A stretch of 64,000 nt of DNA, taken from a virus (lineage: Duplodnaviria > Caudoviricetes). The translations under genes were made by a program, and so were the position numbers. The notes under the pieces were generated by a model. It saw only the letters and a program-made list of their open reading frames with translations. It ran no database searches and was not told the origin of the DNA. Shown here in pieces: positions 15,878-25,157 of this stretch. Location of the stretch: IMG/VR virus record IMGVR_UViG_3300044634_000910, positions 16,435 to 80,434 of that record. The stretch is one strand, 5' to 3'. The stretch's first letter is position 1. Each line of letters starts with the position of its first letter.

Positions 15878-18019
15878 TTACCTCCTCATCCCAATCATTA
15901 CGTTTGCAATCTGTGAAACAATGATTACTGGGATAATGACTTCCTGGGCTTTTTCTCTCTGATCATCTGTCATGTCCATACCTAATTCAGAGAAATTAGA
16001 TAGGAGTTCTGCTACATCCACTTCAAATACTGCACCAAGTGGATCCTCAAGAAATGCCTCTGTTTGTACTTCTGTTACTGCATCTGCTAATGTAAATGGC
16101 ATTGGTGTATCCCCTGCTGATTCTGCTCTATCTGTAAACTCAACGAATGCTTCTGCCAGTGCTGGGTTAGACTTCATCTGCTCAGCAATCTGTGCAACTT
16201 CTGACGGCTTAATACCAAGGTCTTCTGCAACTTCTACTTTTGCTTCTTGCGTCAATGCTTTGAGTGTTTGGCTAACTGCTGTAACTTGTTCAGGGGAAAG
16301 AGTAACTAACTTATTATCCTTGCTTGTAAGGTTAGCAATAACTCCAGATAAATCTTCTGATGTACCAGTTCCCTTTTCAGGAATGAGGGCTGCTAATACT
16401 TCATCTTTGATTTCTGCATCTGGTTCAGTCCAAGGATTATCTTCTGGCTCTGGATCTGGTCCAGGTTCTGGGGAAGGCTCTGGGGTAGGTTCTTCAGTAG
16501 GATCTACAACTGGCTCCTCAGTTGGTTCTGGATCTGGTGTAACCTCTGGGGTAGGTTCAGGTGTAGGCTCGTCTGTAGGGTCTACTGTAGGCTCTGGAGA
16601 AGGCTCTGGTGTAGGTTCTTCAGTTGGTTCATCTGTTGGGTCTGGGGATGGCTCTGGTGTAGGTTCTTCAGTTGGCTCTTCAGTCGGTTCTGGAGAAGGT
16701 TCTGGTGTGGGTTCTGGGGTAGGCTGATTGGCTGCAGCATTTGCTGCTGCTTGAGCAATAGCAGCATTAAGTTCTCTTTCTGCCTGATAATAATAATATT
16801 CCCAAGCATCACTAATAGCATTATTTAAGTCAAGGATTGACTGATTGTATATTTCTATTCTGCTATTCTTCAACTCTAAAGCATCTTCTGTATCTGCAAC
16901 TGCATCAAGATGTTCTTGTGTCTTTGTTTGCAATACCTGGTTCATTGATGACAGTGTTGAATTTTCAGAGTTGTATACGCTTAGTTTGTCATTGTATACT
17001 GCCAATTTATTGTTATAGTTTGTTTGTGCTATAGCCTGTGCTGCAACAGCATCATTGTAAGCATTTAACTGTGATTGAGTTGGTCCTGATCCAGAGGAAA
17101 ATGTATTAAGATTACAACTAAAATTTTGTCCCCATACTCTTGGGTTTCCAGCATAATCACATCCTGCACCAGTCCACCCTCCAGGGATTCCCCAGCCAAG
17201 AAGGTAGGAACCTGGTCCTCCACCGTTATACCACCATATTTCTACATCTAAAGTTTTGTCTTCACTAACATCATATACGGGAGAGTAATCGCTCCAAGTT
17301 GTCCCTTGCTCTACCCAGTTATCAACAGCAAGTTGTCCGTCAACATACATCCTAAAACCATCATCCGTATATCCTGCAAAGTAGGTTTGTGTAAACCATG
17401 AAGGGACTGTTATCTGTCCAGTAAATTTAACTATAAGGTTTTCATATCTATTTCCGCACACTGGAAGTTGCATGCTGCTTGAGTTCCAGGTGCCAGAACA
17501 AAGAACAGATCCTGGGGTAGCAACATTACCCTGTCTAACAAGAGTGTAAACAGTGTATGCCAAACCTGTTCCTCCAGCACTCTGCATATTTGATTGAGTG
17601 GTTTGAACATTAATGTTGGCTATGCTTAGTGCATCTTGAGCATCATTCTTTTCTTCAAGAGCGTTCTCTTTATGTTCAAGGGCCAAGGCTACTGTGGCTG
17701 TCTGACCATCCACATTTGACTGGGCAAGGTTCTTTGCTTCTAAGGCTGTGGCTTCTGCTTCTACTGCATCTTCGTGGGCATCATAGGCATCATCTTTAAG
17801 TTCCTTCGCATTTGTGGCTGAGGCAAACTTATTTTCTGCTATCTCTATAAGATCTATAAAATCATCTTGGTAGCCAAGATCGTCTACGCTATCGTTAAGT
17901 TCCTGTATTTCTTGGGCTGCAACTGTGAGTGGATCGTCAGAGTGGGCACCTTCTGGGGAGATAATGAGCCAGCCGAATGCTAAAAGTGTGGCTGCTAGTA
18001 TGCGTATTAGTCTTTTAAT
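15878..18019 (-). CDS. Secreted/membrane-anchored PA14-domain protein with Pro/Glu/Thr stalk (AUU start)
   Basis: Frame is open for 102 codons upstream of the track start, giving signal peptide IKRLIRILAATLLAFGWLIISPEGAHS; PA14 motif YTDDGFRMYVDG...W...WYNGGG; C-terminal hydrophobic anchor. Confidence 0.75.
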   Translation of the reverse strand: MKRLIRILAATLLAFGWLIISPEGAHSDDPLTVAAQEIQELNDSVDDLGYQDDFIDLIEIAENKFASATNAKELKDDAYDAHEDAVEAEATALEAKNLAQSNVDGQTATVALALEHKENALEEKNDAQDALSIANINVQTTQSNMQSAGGTGLAYTVYTLVRQGNVATPGSVLCSGTWNSSSMQLPVCGNRYENLIVKFTGQITVPSWFTQTYFAGYTDDGFRMYVDGQLAVDNWVEQGTTWSDYSPVYDVSEDKTLDVEIWWYNGGGPGSYLLGWGIPGGWTGAGCDYAGNPRVWGQNFSCNLNTFSSGSGPTQSQLNAYNDAVAAQAIAQTNYNNKLAVYNDKLSVYNSENSTLSSMNQVLQTKTQEHLDAVADTEDALELKNSRIEIYNQSILDLNNAISDAWEYYYYQAERELNAAIAQAAANAAANQPTPEPTPEPSPEPTEEPTEEPTPEPSPDPTDEPTEEPTPEPSPEPTVDPTDEPTPEPTPEVTPDPEPTEEPVVDPTEEPTPEPSPEPGPDPEPEDNPWTEPDAEIKDEVLAALIPEKGTGTSEDLSGVIANLTSKDNKLVTLSPEQVTAVSQTLKALTQEAKVEVAEDLGIKPSEVAQIAEQMKSNPALAEAFVEFTDRAESAGDTPMPFTLADAVTEVQTEAFLEDPLGAVFEVDVAELLSNFSELGMDMTDDQREKAQEVIIPVIIVSQIANVMIGMRR
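16440..16725 (-). repeat. Coding tandem repeats (PTEEPTPEPSPE)
   Basis: Degenerate repeats encoding the proline-rich linker. Confidence 0.8.
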
Positions 18020-18078
18020 TTACCTTTCCCCCTTGCAGACCTGATGTCTGATAGGATGATTATACCATTTTATTGCAC

Positions 18079-18111
18079 AAAAAAGGGGCTACCATAATTG
18101 GCAACCCCTTT
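18079..18111 (-). terminator. Intrinsic terminator
   Basis: AGGGGTTGCCA-ATTA-TGGTAGCCCCT followed by TTTTT. Confidence 0.8.
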
Positions 18112-18125
18112 AGTGTTGGACTAAA

Positions 18126-19265
18126 TTACTTAACTAGAGTAACCTTTGCCTTTGGATTCTTCTTGTTCCAATTGTTTGCTAGTGTGTTGAATGCCTTCTT
18201 CAAAGAAGCAAGTGCTGCTGCATTATCTGCAGTCAACTTGGCAATCTGTGCATCCTTAGCAGCAAGTGCTGCATCAGAAGCGACCTTTGCATCAGCAAGA
18301 GCCTTTGCAGAAGCAGCCTTCTCAGCAGCAAGAGCAGCAGCAGATGCTGCCTTCTCTGTTGCTAGTGCAGCAGCAGCATCAGCGTTAGCCTTTACAACTG
18401 CAGCATCTGAAATAGCCTTAGCAGCAAGTGCTGCATCCTTTGCAGCCTTCTCAGCAGCAAGTTCTGATACTAGATCACGAACTGCAATCTCTGCGAATGG
18501 TGCAAGTGTTGGAGCAGTCAAACCAACTACTGCTGCTGAAACTGCATCTGATGATGTTGTTGGTGCAAAAGTAATTAGTGAGCGTGTTCCTGTTGTTGGA
18601 AGAGTAGCCTTAAAGGTTGCTGTTCCAAAGTCTGTTAGAGTAGCACCAGTTGTTACTGTTGCTGTATCCATAACTGCTGTTGAAGCAAATACGGTTGCTG
18701 TAATTGACTTGCCAGATACCTTGTTGCCAAATGCATCTGTTGCAGTTACAACGATATCCTGCTTAGTTCCTGCTGCACCTGCTGAAGGTGCTGAAACTGT
18801 TAGGTTGTTGATCTTACCAGCAGTACCCTGTACATAGTATGTAAGAGTTGTTCCACCATTGTTAATTACAACGGTTCCAATTGCTGTTGTCTTTGTGTAG
18901 ACAAAAAATGTTGCAGTTGTTCCAGTGCCTGTTGCGATTGTCAAAGATGATGATCCTGACGATGCTCCGACTGGTGCTGCTGATGTGTGTAGTGCTGATA
19001 CGATTGTTGCGTTAGTTGCTACTGCAGAAACTGATGTTCCTGCTGCTACTGTTGCCACAAAGCGTAATGCATCTGCTGCATCGATTGTGTTATCTGCTGG
19101 TACTGGCAATGTGGCAGGGGTAGCAATTACACCATTAGTTGTATTTGCTGTTCCATCTAGCGTTACCGCTACTGTCATTACTGTAGCATTTGCAGGTGCT
19201 ACGGCGACCATGCCCAAAGTCATGGCTGCAACCACGGCTAGTGCGATTTTCTTGAATGAATTCAT
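18126..19265 (-). CDS. Secreted Ala/Thr-rich Ig-like surface protein with coiled-coil C-terminus
   Basis: Signal peptide MNSFKKIALAVVAAMTLG...ANA; VTATDAFGN Ig-like motif; Ala/Lys coiled coil. Confidence 0.75.
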   Translation of the reverse strand: MNSFKKIALAVVAAMTLGMVAVAPANATVMTVAVTLDGTANTTNGVIATPATLPVPADNTIDAADALRFVATVAAGTSVSAVATNATIVSALHTSAAPVGASSGSSSLTIATGTGTTATFFVYTKTTAIGTVVINNGGTTLTYYVQGTAGKINNLTVSAPSAGAAGTKQDIVVTATDAFGNKVSGKSITATVFASTAVMDTATVTTGATLTDFGTATFKATLPTTGTRSLITFAPTTSSDAVSAAVVGLTAPTLAPFAEIAVRDLVSELAAEKAAKDAALAAKAISDAAVVKANADAAAALATEKAASAAALAAEKAASAKALADAKVASDAALAAKDAQIAKLTADNAAALASLKKAFNTLANNWNKKNPKAKVTLVK

Positions 19266-19282
19266 TCGGTATTTCTCCTTAT

Positions 19283-21064
19283 TTATAGTAGATTTAATCT
19301 ATCCAAATAGTCTTTTACGTCATCTGGCATAGGTTTATATTGTATCACGTTCTCAGGTAGTTCGTCAACTCGCTTAGATCTGTCTCTAAAAGTATGAACC
19401 TCTACTTCACTGTCTGTATTTTTAGGGGTATGAGATATAGCCCCAAAAATAGCACCACACACAGCATCGGCCAAGTCTTTTGACTTTTTGCGTGGGTGGT
19501 CAACTCTATCATTTTTCATAATCTTTAACTGTGTTAGTTCATCAAATAATAAATCAATTGCTGGCATGGCAAGTCTTTCCTCATACACGAGCATAGCCAT
19601 ATCCTCATAATGTTTCTTGGCAACAGAAACAGTATCAGTTCTCATTCCAACCTGCTTCAATTCATTTTGTATATCAAATGATTGCCAACGGTCAAAAGAA
19701 ACCATTCCAATATCAAATCCAAGCCTTCTAAGATTTTGAATCCATTGTTTAACTTCTGATAGATTTACTGGGCCTTCTACCTTTGGTTCCCACCATGCTA
19801 CTGCATCTACTACTACGATTGGTGCTACCTGTTCATAGTTATTAATTACTTGTATGTTTACCCATTTTTCCACATGTGCAATAGCCACAGCACACTTATC
19901 GTGTTTCTGTGCAAGGTCAGCGTGTACATAATACTTCTTTGTTGGGTCTGGCTTAAATGATTCATCAAATCTTTTAAAAGTGTCTACTGGGTTTCTTAGT
20001 GTCATGCATGCTCTTACCTTGTCTGCCTGTTTAAAGAATGCATCAGAAGCAAAAGTTGGTACACATGCAAAGCGCATCATAGCATCTCCAAGGTCTGTTA
20101 AAAATGCAATCATAAAGTCATCAATTTTACGTGTAGGGTTTACTTCCCATGTAGGTCTCTTTAATGCAAATACTCCTGGATATTTGTATGATGTGATTTG
20201 ATCTTCGTCCCAAGAAATTTCAAAAGAATTGTCTGCACTGTCTTCTGGAAGCAATGGATTGATAGTAAACTTATGTGTTCGTTCTATAGTTTCTTTTTCA
20301 GCAATAACATCTTCGTATCTTTCTGAAATAAAGTCTCCTGGATATCTTGGGAAAGACAAAAGAACAACCTTACCAAGGTCAGGGAAGCGAGAGTCTACTG
20401 ATCCACGAAAAGCCTTATAGATGTTGTCAGCAGTCTTGCCTTGTTCGTTACCTGTTCCAACCTCAGATGCAAAACCAGAAATCTCATCAAGCACTGCAAG
20501 AAGAAGGTTTAGTCCCTCATGTGACTCACGCTCTGAGTGACCAGAATAAACAGTAATTGATTTATCAAACTCAACTGAATCTGCTTTAGCATAATACTTT
20601 CCTACAAACCATGGTGATCTTTCAATCTTTGATTTAAAACCTTTAAAGAAAACATTCTTTGCTTGTTGAGCGTTAATAGCCACATTGATTAGGTCGATAG
20701 CATCTCCAGATGGCTTACCAAAATACTTTGCTGGGTCTTTAAGACATAGAAGTTTATATACGATGTATGAGCATGCTACGGTTGATGTGAAGTCTTTTCC
20801 AGATCCCTTGCCAAGTTGCAGAATGATTTCGTTCTTTGTGTACTTGTCGTAGTATCTTGTTCCTTCTTCTTCTCCCATAATATTAATGAGATCTTCTTTG
20901 CGATAGATCTGGCTCATGGCCTCTACGATGTCATACTGAATGTCAGACAGTGGTGGCTGTCCAAGGTATGCTTCACCTTCAACAAATGTTCTTGCGTCTA
21001 CTGGTATCTCATTAAAATGATCGTCCTGTAGTGCTTCAAGAAACTCATTGAACATCGTGGACAA
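19283..21064 (-). CDS. terL: Terminase large subunit
   Basis: Walker A GKGSGKD, Walker B LAVLDE, nuclease HADLA...DH...KDLADA. Confidence 0.9.
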   Translation of the reverse strand: MSTMFNEFLEALQDDHFNEIPVDARTFVEGEAYLGQPPLSDIQYDIVEAMSQIYRKEDLINIMGEEEGTRYYDKYTKNEIILQLGKGSGKDFTSTVACSYIVYKLLCLKDPAKYFGKPSGDAIDLINVAINAQQAKNVFFKGFKSKIERSPWFVGKYYAKADSVEFDKSITVYSGHSERESHEGLNLLLAVLDEISGFASEVGTGNEQGKTADNIYKAFRGSVDSRFPDLGKVVLLSFPRYPGDFISERYEDVIAEKETIERTHKFTINPLLPEDSADNSFEISWDEDQITSYKYPGVFALKRPTWEVNPTRKIDDFMIAFLTDLGDAMMRFACVPTFASDAFFKQADKVRACMTLRNPVDTFKRFDESFKPDPTKKYYVHADLAQKHDKCAVAIAHVEKWVNIQVINNYEQVAPIVVVDAVAWWEPKVEGPVNLSEVKQWIQNLRRLGFDIGMVSFDRWQSFDIQNELKQVGMRTDTVSVAKKHYEDMAMLVYEERLAMPAIDLLFDELTQLKIMKNDRVDHPRKKSKDLADAVCGAIFGAISHTPKNTDSEVEVHTFRDRSKRVDELPENVIQYKPMPDDVKDYLDRLNLL

Positions 21065-21581
21065 CTGTAATCACCTCATTGTCTTTTGCAAATGCAGAAA
21101 GTCTACGCATAATTTCATCACGAACCTGTGGATACTCTGAGGCAATATCTTTTAGAATAAGAACAAGAATCTCTTGACGCTTTTCAATTTCCATCATCTC
21201 TTCAGCAAGTTCTTTATTCTCAAGAAGTCCAGCCTTTTGTAGCATATCAATACGCTTAGACTCAATGTCCATTACAAGTTTAATTGCTGCAGTCTTTGCA
21301 CTAAGATTATTTGTCATTGATGCCTCATCAATAACTTCGTACGTGCGAGAGACTAACTTGCTGTAGTGTGTGTCTGCTGCTGCTAATGCCTCTTTAGCAC
21401 GAGCACGGATAGCATCGTTAGCAGATGCCATGACTTTCCACTCATTAATAAGTGTAACCACTCTTTGTCTTGGTATATCAAGTTGCTTTGAAATTGCTGT
21501 TGGATCGTTGCCCTTTAGGTATTCTTCTACTACCTGATTAACCTGGTCAAGGTGCTTAACTAAATCATCTTCAGTTGACAT
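21045..21581 (-). CDS. Probable terminase small subunit (HTH plus coiled coil)
   Basis: N-terminal HTH (PTAISKQLDIPRQRV); immediately upstream of terL. Confidence 0.6.
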   Translation of the reverse strand: MSTEDDLVKHLDQVNQVVEEYLKGNDPTAISKQLDIPRQRVVTLINEWKVMASANDAIRARAKEALAAADTHYSKLVSRTYEVIDEASMTNNLSAKTAAIKLVMDIESKRIDMLQKAGLLENKELAEEMMEIEKRQEILVLILKDIASEYPQVRDEIMRRLSAFAKDNEVITVVHDVQ

Positions 21582-21816
21582 ACTTACCTTCTAATCTATT
21601 GATCTCATCTTTAATATAAAAGATTGCTTTCTCAAGATCCTGAATAGTTTTTGATTCATCCTTGATACCCGCTCTCCAAAGATACTTAAAAGCATTGCCA
21701 ATGTTAAAGTTGCGATGGCGTGTAATCTGAATACATTCCACCCCAGAAGGATCTGTTGTGTAGTGTGTTGGGTGGTTAACTTGGTCAACCGTTATGTTCA
21801 GGTTTTCACTCATCAT
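21571..21816 (-). CDS. DUF3310-like protein
   Basis: DQVNHPTHY...ECI...GNAFKYLWRAG.K...DLEKA..Y. Confidence 0.85.
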   Translation of the reverse strand: MMSENLNITVDQVNHPTHYTTDPSGVECIQITRHRNFNIGNAFKYLWRAGIKDESKTIQDLEKAIFYIKDEINRLEGKYVN

Positions 21817-21928
21817 CTTCCTCCCAGTCAAACGCTTCTGGCATATTACGCAGTGTTGCAGTGGCATAGGAGATACCAACTGCTGCTACTAATGATAATA
21901 TAAAAAGCATATACTTAATCTTTTTCAT
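21806..21928 (-). CDS. Small membrane protein (40 aa)
   Basis: Manual translation MKKIKYMLFILSLVAAVGISYA...DWEEDDE. Confidence 0.5.
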   Translation of the reverse strand: MKKIKYMLFILSLVAAVGISYATATLRNMPEAFDWEEDDE

Positions 21929-22080
21929 CGCTTTGATTTCCTTAATTTAAATTTTGCAAGGTAGACATAGATGGTCTCAACACTAGCACCACACTCCTTA
22001 GCAATTTCTTCTGGAGTCCTTTTATCCACAAGATATCTCTTACGCATATAGACTTCGCTTGTATATAGTTTAGCACCCAC
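21925..22080 (-). CDS. Small HTH DNA-binding protein (51 aa)
   Basis: Manual translation ...RKRYLVDKRTPEEIAKECGASVETIYVYLAKF. Confidence 0.7.
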   Translation of the reverse strand: MGAKLYTSEVYMRKRYLVDKRTPEEIAKECGASVETIYVYLAKFKLRKSKR

Positions 22081-22084
22081 GGTA

Positions 22085-22729
22085 TTAATTGTCAACCCCT
22101 TTCTCTTCTATATCATAATTAAATCTATTAGAGTTTTCCATAATCCATTTATCCTGATTTTCAACATCATATTTTCTCTCATTAATTATTCTATCAATCA
22201 GGTATTCTTTTTCAAGTGTAAATGATGGCTCATAAATACGAACTCTGTTGTTAGGCTGAATGGCAAAATTCCCATCATCTCTTTGTATAACATGCCCACA
22301 TTTATGGTCTGCAGGGCTTTCGGAGTAGCCGTCATCTAAAACATTTGTATCTGGATTGTGCCAGTCTAATGTGAATAGATAGGTTCCTTTATGCATTGTT
22401 TTTGTTCTATCAATGTAAGACATTCTAAGGTTAGTTAAATTTTCAAACCGAGTTACTGCAATGTGATGGCTAAAAGAATTCCACAAAACTAAATTGTGAA
22501 GATCTACTTCAGGTACTCCTGGCTCAGTACAAAATGCAGAGATTGGAAGTCTCCACCAAAGTCCACCATCTGGCATCATAATGTGGAACAATGGGCTTCT
22601 GGACTTCAAACTTGACACACCAAAAACAACACACTCAAAGTATTTATCGTGGCTATCTTGGTGATTTCTTAAATAGTTTCCACGCACATAGCAATTTATT
22701 GGTGGTATGTTTGCATTTAACTCTGGCAT
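22085..22729 (-). CDS. Hypothetical phage protein
   Basis: ORF track, 214 aa, in operon. Confidence 0.75.
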   Translation of the reverse strand: MPELNANIPPINCYVRGNYLRNHQDSHDKYFECVVFGVSSLKSRSPLFHIMMPDGGLWWRLPISAFCTEPGVPEVDLHNLVLWNSFSHHIAVTRFENLTNLRMSYIDRTKTMHKGTYLFTLDWHNPDTNVLDDGYSESPADHKCGHVIQRDDGNFAIQPNNRVRIYEPSFTLEKEYLIDRIINERKYDVENQDKWIMENSNRFNYDIEEKGVDN

Positions 22730-23325
22730 TATTCAGTCCACCCTACTGCTTTATTCCAATTCTTAATTGCCCAATGACCAATTCCGCAGGCATCTGCCAC
22801 ATCGTTGTCTGTTATTGTTCTGTCGTATTGCATGTTAATAAAACTAATTGTTCTTTGCTTTCTTAGTTCTCTCTCATAAGACTTAAGCCATGACTCTGAC
22901 TTCCCTGGGTTTTGTGACTTAATAAATAGTTTTTCATCTTTAGATATCTTCTTGTTTCCAATAAAGTTCTGCCAAGTAATTGGCGCTACCTTTCCTATAA
23001 CCTTCGTACCAGACTGTCCTGCTGCTCCAAGAATAGCGCCTTGTACAAGAGCAAGATCAGCAGCAGTCTTAGGGCTATTCATAAACACTGTGTGCTCAAT
23101 GACGATAGCCTCAAACCCTTCGTATATATCAAGAAAGGCCTTTACCTTTTGTCCAGCATCCATAACCTTTTCATAAGTGTCCTTGCCTTTAAAGTTAATC
23201 TTGCCTACCGACTTTAATGTTTTTTCCTGTGTATCAAAAATAGCAAAGGCAAGACTATTAGTGCTTGCATCGATAGCACAAATAGTTTTTGGAGGTTTAG
23301 TTCCTATTGCCTCTGCTAATTTCAT
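22729..23325 (-). CDS. RuvC-like Holliday junction resolvase
   Basis: ICAIDAST, IVIEH, DNDVADA. Confidence 0.8.
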   Translation of the reverse strand: MKLAEAIGTKPPKTICAIDASTNSLAFAIFDTQEKTLKSVGKINFKGKDTYEKVMDAGQKVKAFLDIYEGFEAIVIEHTVFMNSPKTAADLALVQGAILGAAGQSGTKVIGKVAPITWQNFIGNKKISKDEKLFIKSQNPGKSESWLKSYERELRKQRTISFINMQYDRTITDNDVADACGIGHWAIKNWNKAVGWTE

Positions 23326-23597
23326 TTTAAATTATCCTTAATTTTTTTTAACGCTTTTGCTACATCTGAAGGGTTGACATTGCATTTTACGCAAAGAGTT
23401 TCGTCATTATATATTGACAAAGGCTCTTTGCATGACTTACAATTTCTTTCCTTTCCTTTTCTTTTTTGTCGTCTAGAAACTATATACCTTGCAGCAATTT
23501 TTTCTTTTGTTGCCATGTCTCTACACTCTGGTGAGCAATATATTTGATATGCTATATCTGTTTTAAATTGTTTATCACACCATTGACAATGCTTCAT
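23322..23597 (-). CDS. Zinc-finger hypothetical protein
   Basis: CQWC, YCSPEC, CKSC, CVKC. Confidence 0.7.
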   Translation of the reverse strand: MKHCQWCDKQFKTDIAYQIYCSPECRDMATKEKIAARYIVSRRQKRKGKERNCKSCKEPLSIYNDETLCVKCNVNPSDVAKALKKIKDNLK

Positions 23598-24375
23598 CTA
23601 TAGGCTCCAAGGACTTTAGTTTAAAGTCTCCCTTGCCAGCATCTGCACAAGCCTTTTTAATAGGACATGATTTGCAAATTTTTGAATTTGAACGATAGTT
23701 CTTTTCAGGCAGAGTTCTGTCGACCCAAGCCTTACGAACTGATCTCATCCATTCAAACGTCTGGTCTACCCACCGACGATAATAATCATTTACTTCTACT
23801 GGAAGAATAAGCAACTCGTGATTGTTTTTATTTTCATAAATAAGAACAGCCTTTGCTTTCTTAAGAATCTTCATATAAATAAGTAACTGAACAAGGTGTC
23901 CAGTCTTAGGTTTCATATGTGCCTTACGGTACTCAAAACCTTCATTCATCATTGTTTTAATTTCGCCAAGGAGTTCTTCTCCCTGCCAATTAATCATAAC
24001 ATCTCCATAGCCAAAGATTGGCGGATCAGTATAAGTTATTTTAAACTCTTCGTCTACAAGAAAATCAGGAACATTTCTCATTGCTTCCTGAATTCTTTCG
24101 TGTGATTTTGTTCCTGCAGTCATATTGGCTGCGCTATATGGTGTTGCATCATCTTCAAACATCTGACCATCAAAAGCAAGGTACCAATATCTTGGGCACT
24201 CTCCATGCCCGTAGGCAATTGTAGATGGTGCAAAAGTCTTCTTCTGTGTCTGTTTGTCAATGCGGTTAACAGTATAACCAGACTGAATTTTTTCAGTCAA
24301 GCCAGCAACATCTATTGAGTGTACTGGTGGCTTTTCCTGCTTTACCATAATCTGTTGCAATAAACTTTTTGTCAT
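23575..24375 (-). CDS. Cas4-like PD-(D/E)xK exonuclease
   Basis: CPR, GTKSH, GYGD...EIKT, QLLIY, CKSCP...C. Confidence 0.85.
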   Translation of the reverse strand: MTKSLLQQIMVKQEKPPVHSIDVAGLTEKIQSGYTVNRIDKQTQKKTFAPSTIAYGHGECPRYWYLAFDGQMFEDDATPYSAANMTAGTKSHERIQEAMRNVPDFLVDEEFKITYTDPPIFGYGDVMINWQGEELLGEIKTMMNEGFEYRKAHMKPKTGHLVQLLIYMKILKKAKAVLIYENKNNHELLILPVEVNDYYRRWVDQTFEWMRSVRKAWVDRTLPEKNYRSNSKICKSCPIKKACADAGKGDFKLKSLEPIDEALSMV

Positions 24376-24410
24376 TTTTTACTCGTTTCTATTAGTATAA
24401 GTATAGCAGA

Positions 24411-24716
24411 TTAGCGTGTAATATATTTGAGTGCAGACACTAAATTATTAAGCGACTCTGCTGCCGTATAATAAAGATTCTTTTTTCCACGATCTGACTT
24501 GTCAACATTTGCCATCCATGTAGCCTTAAAAGCCATTTTTGCAGCAATTGCCTGAAGTCGCACTATCTCTACGTGAGCAACATTAATTGGGATGTCTGGC
24601 TTTATAATTAGTTTAGCAATCATTGTTAGTGCAACTGTTAGTTCTTCGTCTTCCATATAGTCTGCAATCTCTGCAAGACCGTTTACCATATCTATTGTTG
24701 TTCCCTGCTGTTCCAT
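24411..24716 (-). CDS. Hypothetical protein
   Basis: ORF track. Confidence 0.7.
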   Translation of the reverse strand: MEQQGTTIDMVNGLAEIADYMEDEELTVALTMIAKLIIKPDIPINVAHVEIVRLQAIAAKMAFKATWMANVDKSDRGKKNLYYTAAESLNNLVSALKYITR

Positions 24717-24997
24717 TATTCCTCCACCATGTTTTCTAAAATACTCATCTCAATTATAGCAAGTCTTACCTTTGCATTACCCTCGCCCATTACCACAACG
24801 ATGGCTGGGTCCTTGCCATTCTTCATGGCATCTGTTGTTGCCTTAGCCCAAACCTCTTTATTCAAAGTAAAAGATTTTCCAACCTCTTTAAAATCTACAA
24901 CAAAGTTTTTCCAGGAAGCATCTCCCTTTTGAGTATTGCGACCAGAGTTCTTGTGCTGCTTAGCACCTATTCTCTTAGACTCACTCTTCTCTGTCAT
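24716..24997 (-). CDS. PD-(D/E)xK nuclease, Hjc-like resolvase
   Basis: SG...KGD...VDFK motif. Confidence 0.55.
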   Translation of the reverse strand: MTEKSESKRIGAKQHKNSGRNTQKGDASWKNFVVDFKEVGKSFTLNKEVWAKATTDAMKNGKDPAIVVVMGEGNAKVRLAIIEMSILENMVEE

Positions 24998-25157
24998 TAC
25001 CCTTCCATTTCTGCTTTCCAAACTTAACAGTACTTAGGTGTTTACTTGGACACATCCATGTTGCAGTTTTTGTATCTGCATAAAGCCTTAAAGATTTAAC
25101 CTCTGCTTTGCATTCATGGCAAACAAACTTTCCATTATAAACTGTATAACTAGCCAT
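24981..25157 (-). CDS. Small zinc-ribbon protein (58 aa)
   Basis: Manual translation MASYTVYNGKFVCHEC...WMCPSKH. Confidence 0.6.
   Translation of the reverse strand: MASYTVYNGKFVCHECKAEVKSLRLYADTKTATWMCPSKHLSTVKFGKQKWKGNDREE

Noticed and set aside
16440-16725. Repeat array as possible CRISPR
   Set aside because: Degenerate in-frame coding repeats with no unique spacers
15972-19332. Long plus-strand ORFs (15972-16727, 18073-18837, 18925-19332; likewise 59425-60066 and others)
   Set aside because: Antisense shadows of repetitive or biased minus-strand genes; no RBS or recognisable motifs
22067-22095. TTGACA-17-TAAACT promoter
   Set aside because: Good consensus, but it overlaps the likely start of the small HTH gene, so its target is ambiguous; not listed as a feature
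23575-24375. Cas4-like gene as evidence of a CRISPR-Cas system
   Set aside because: No array or other cas genes; a standalone Cas4-like exonuclease beside RecA is common in phages
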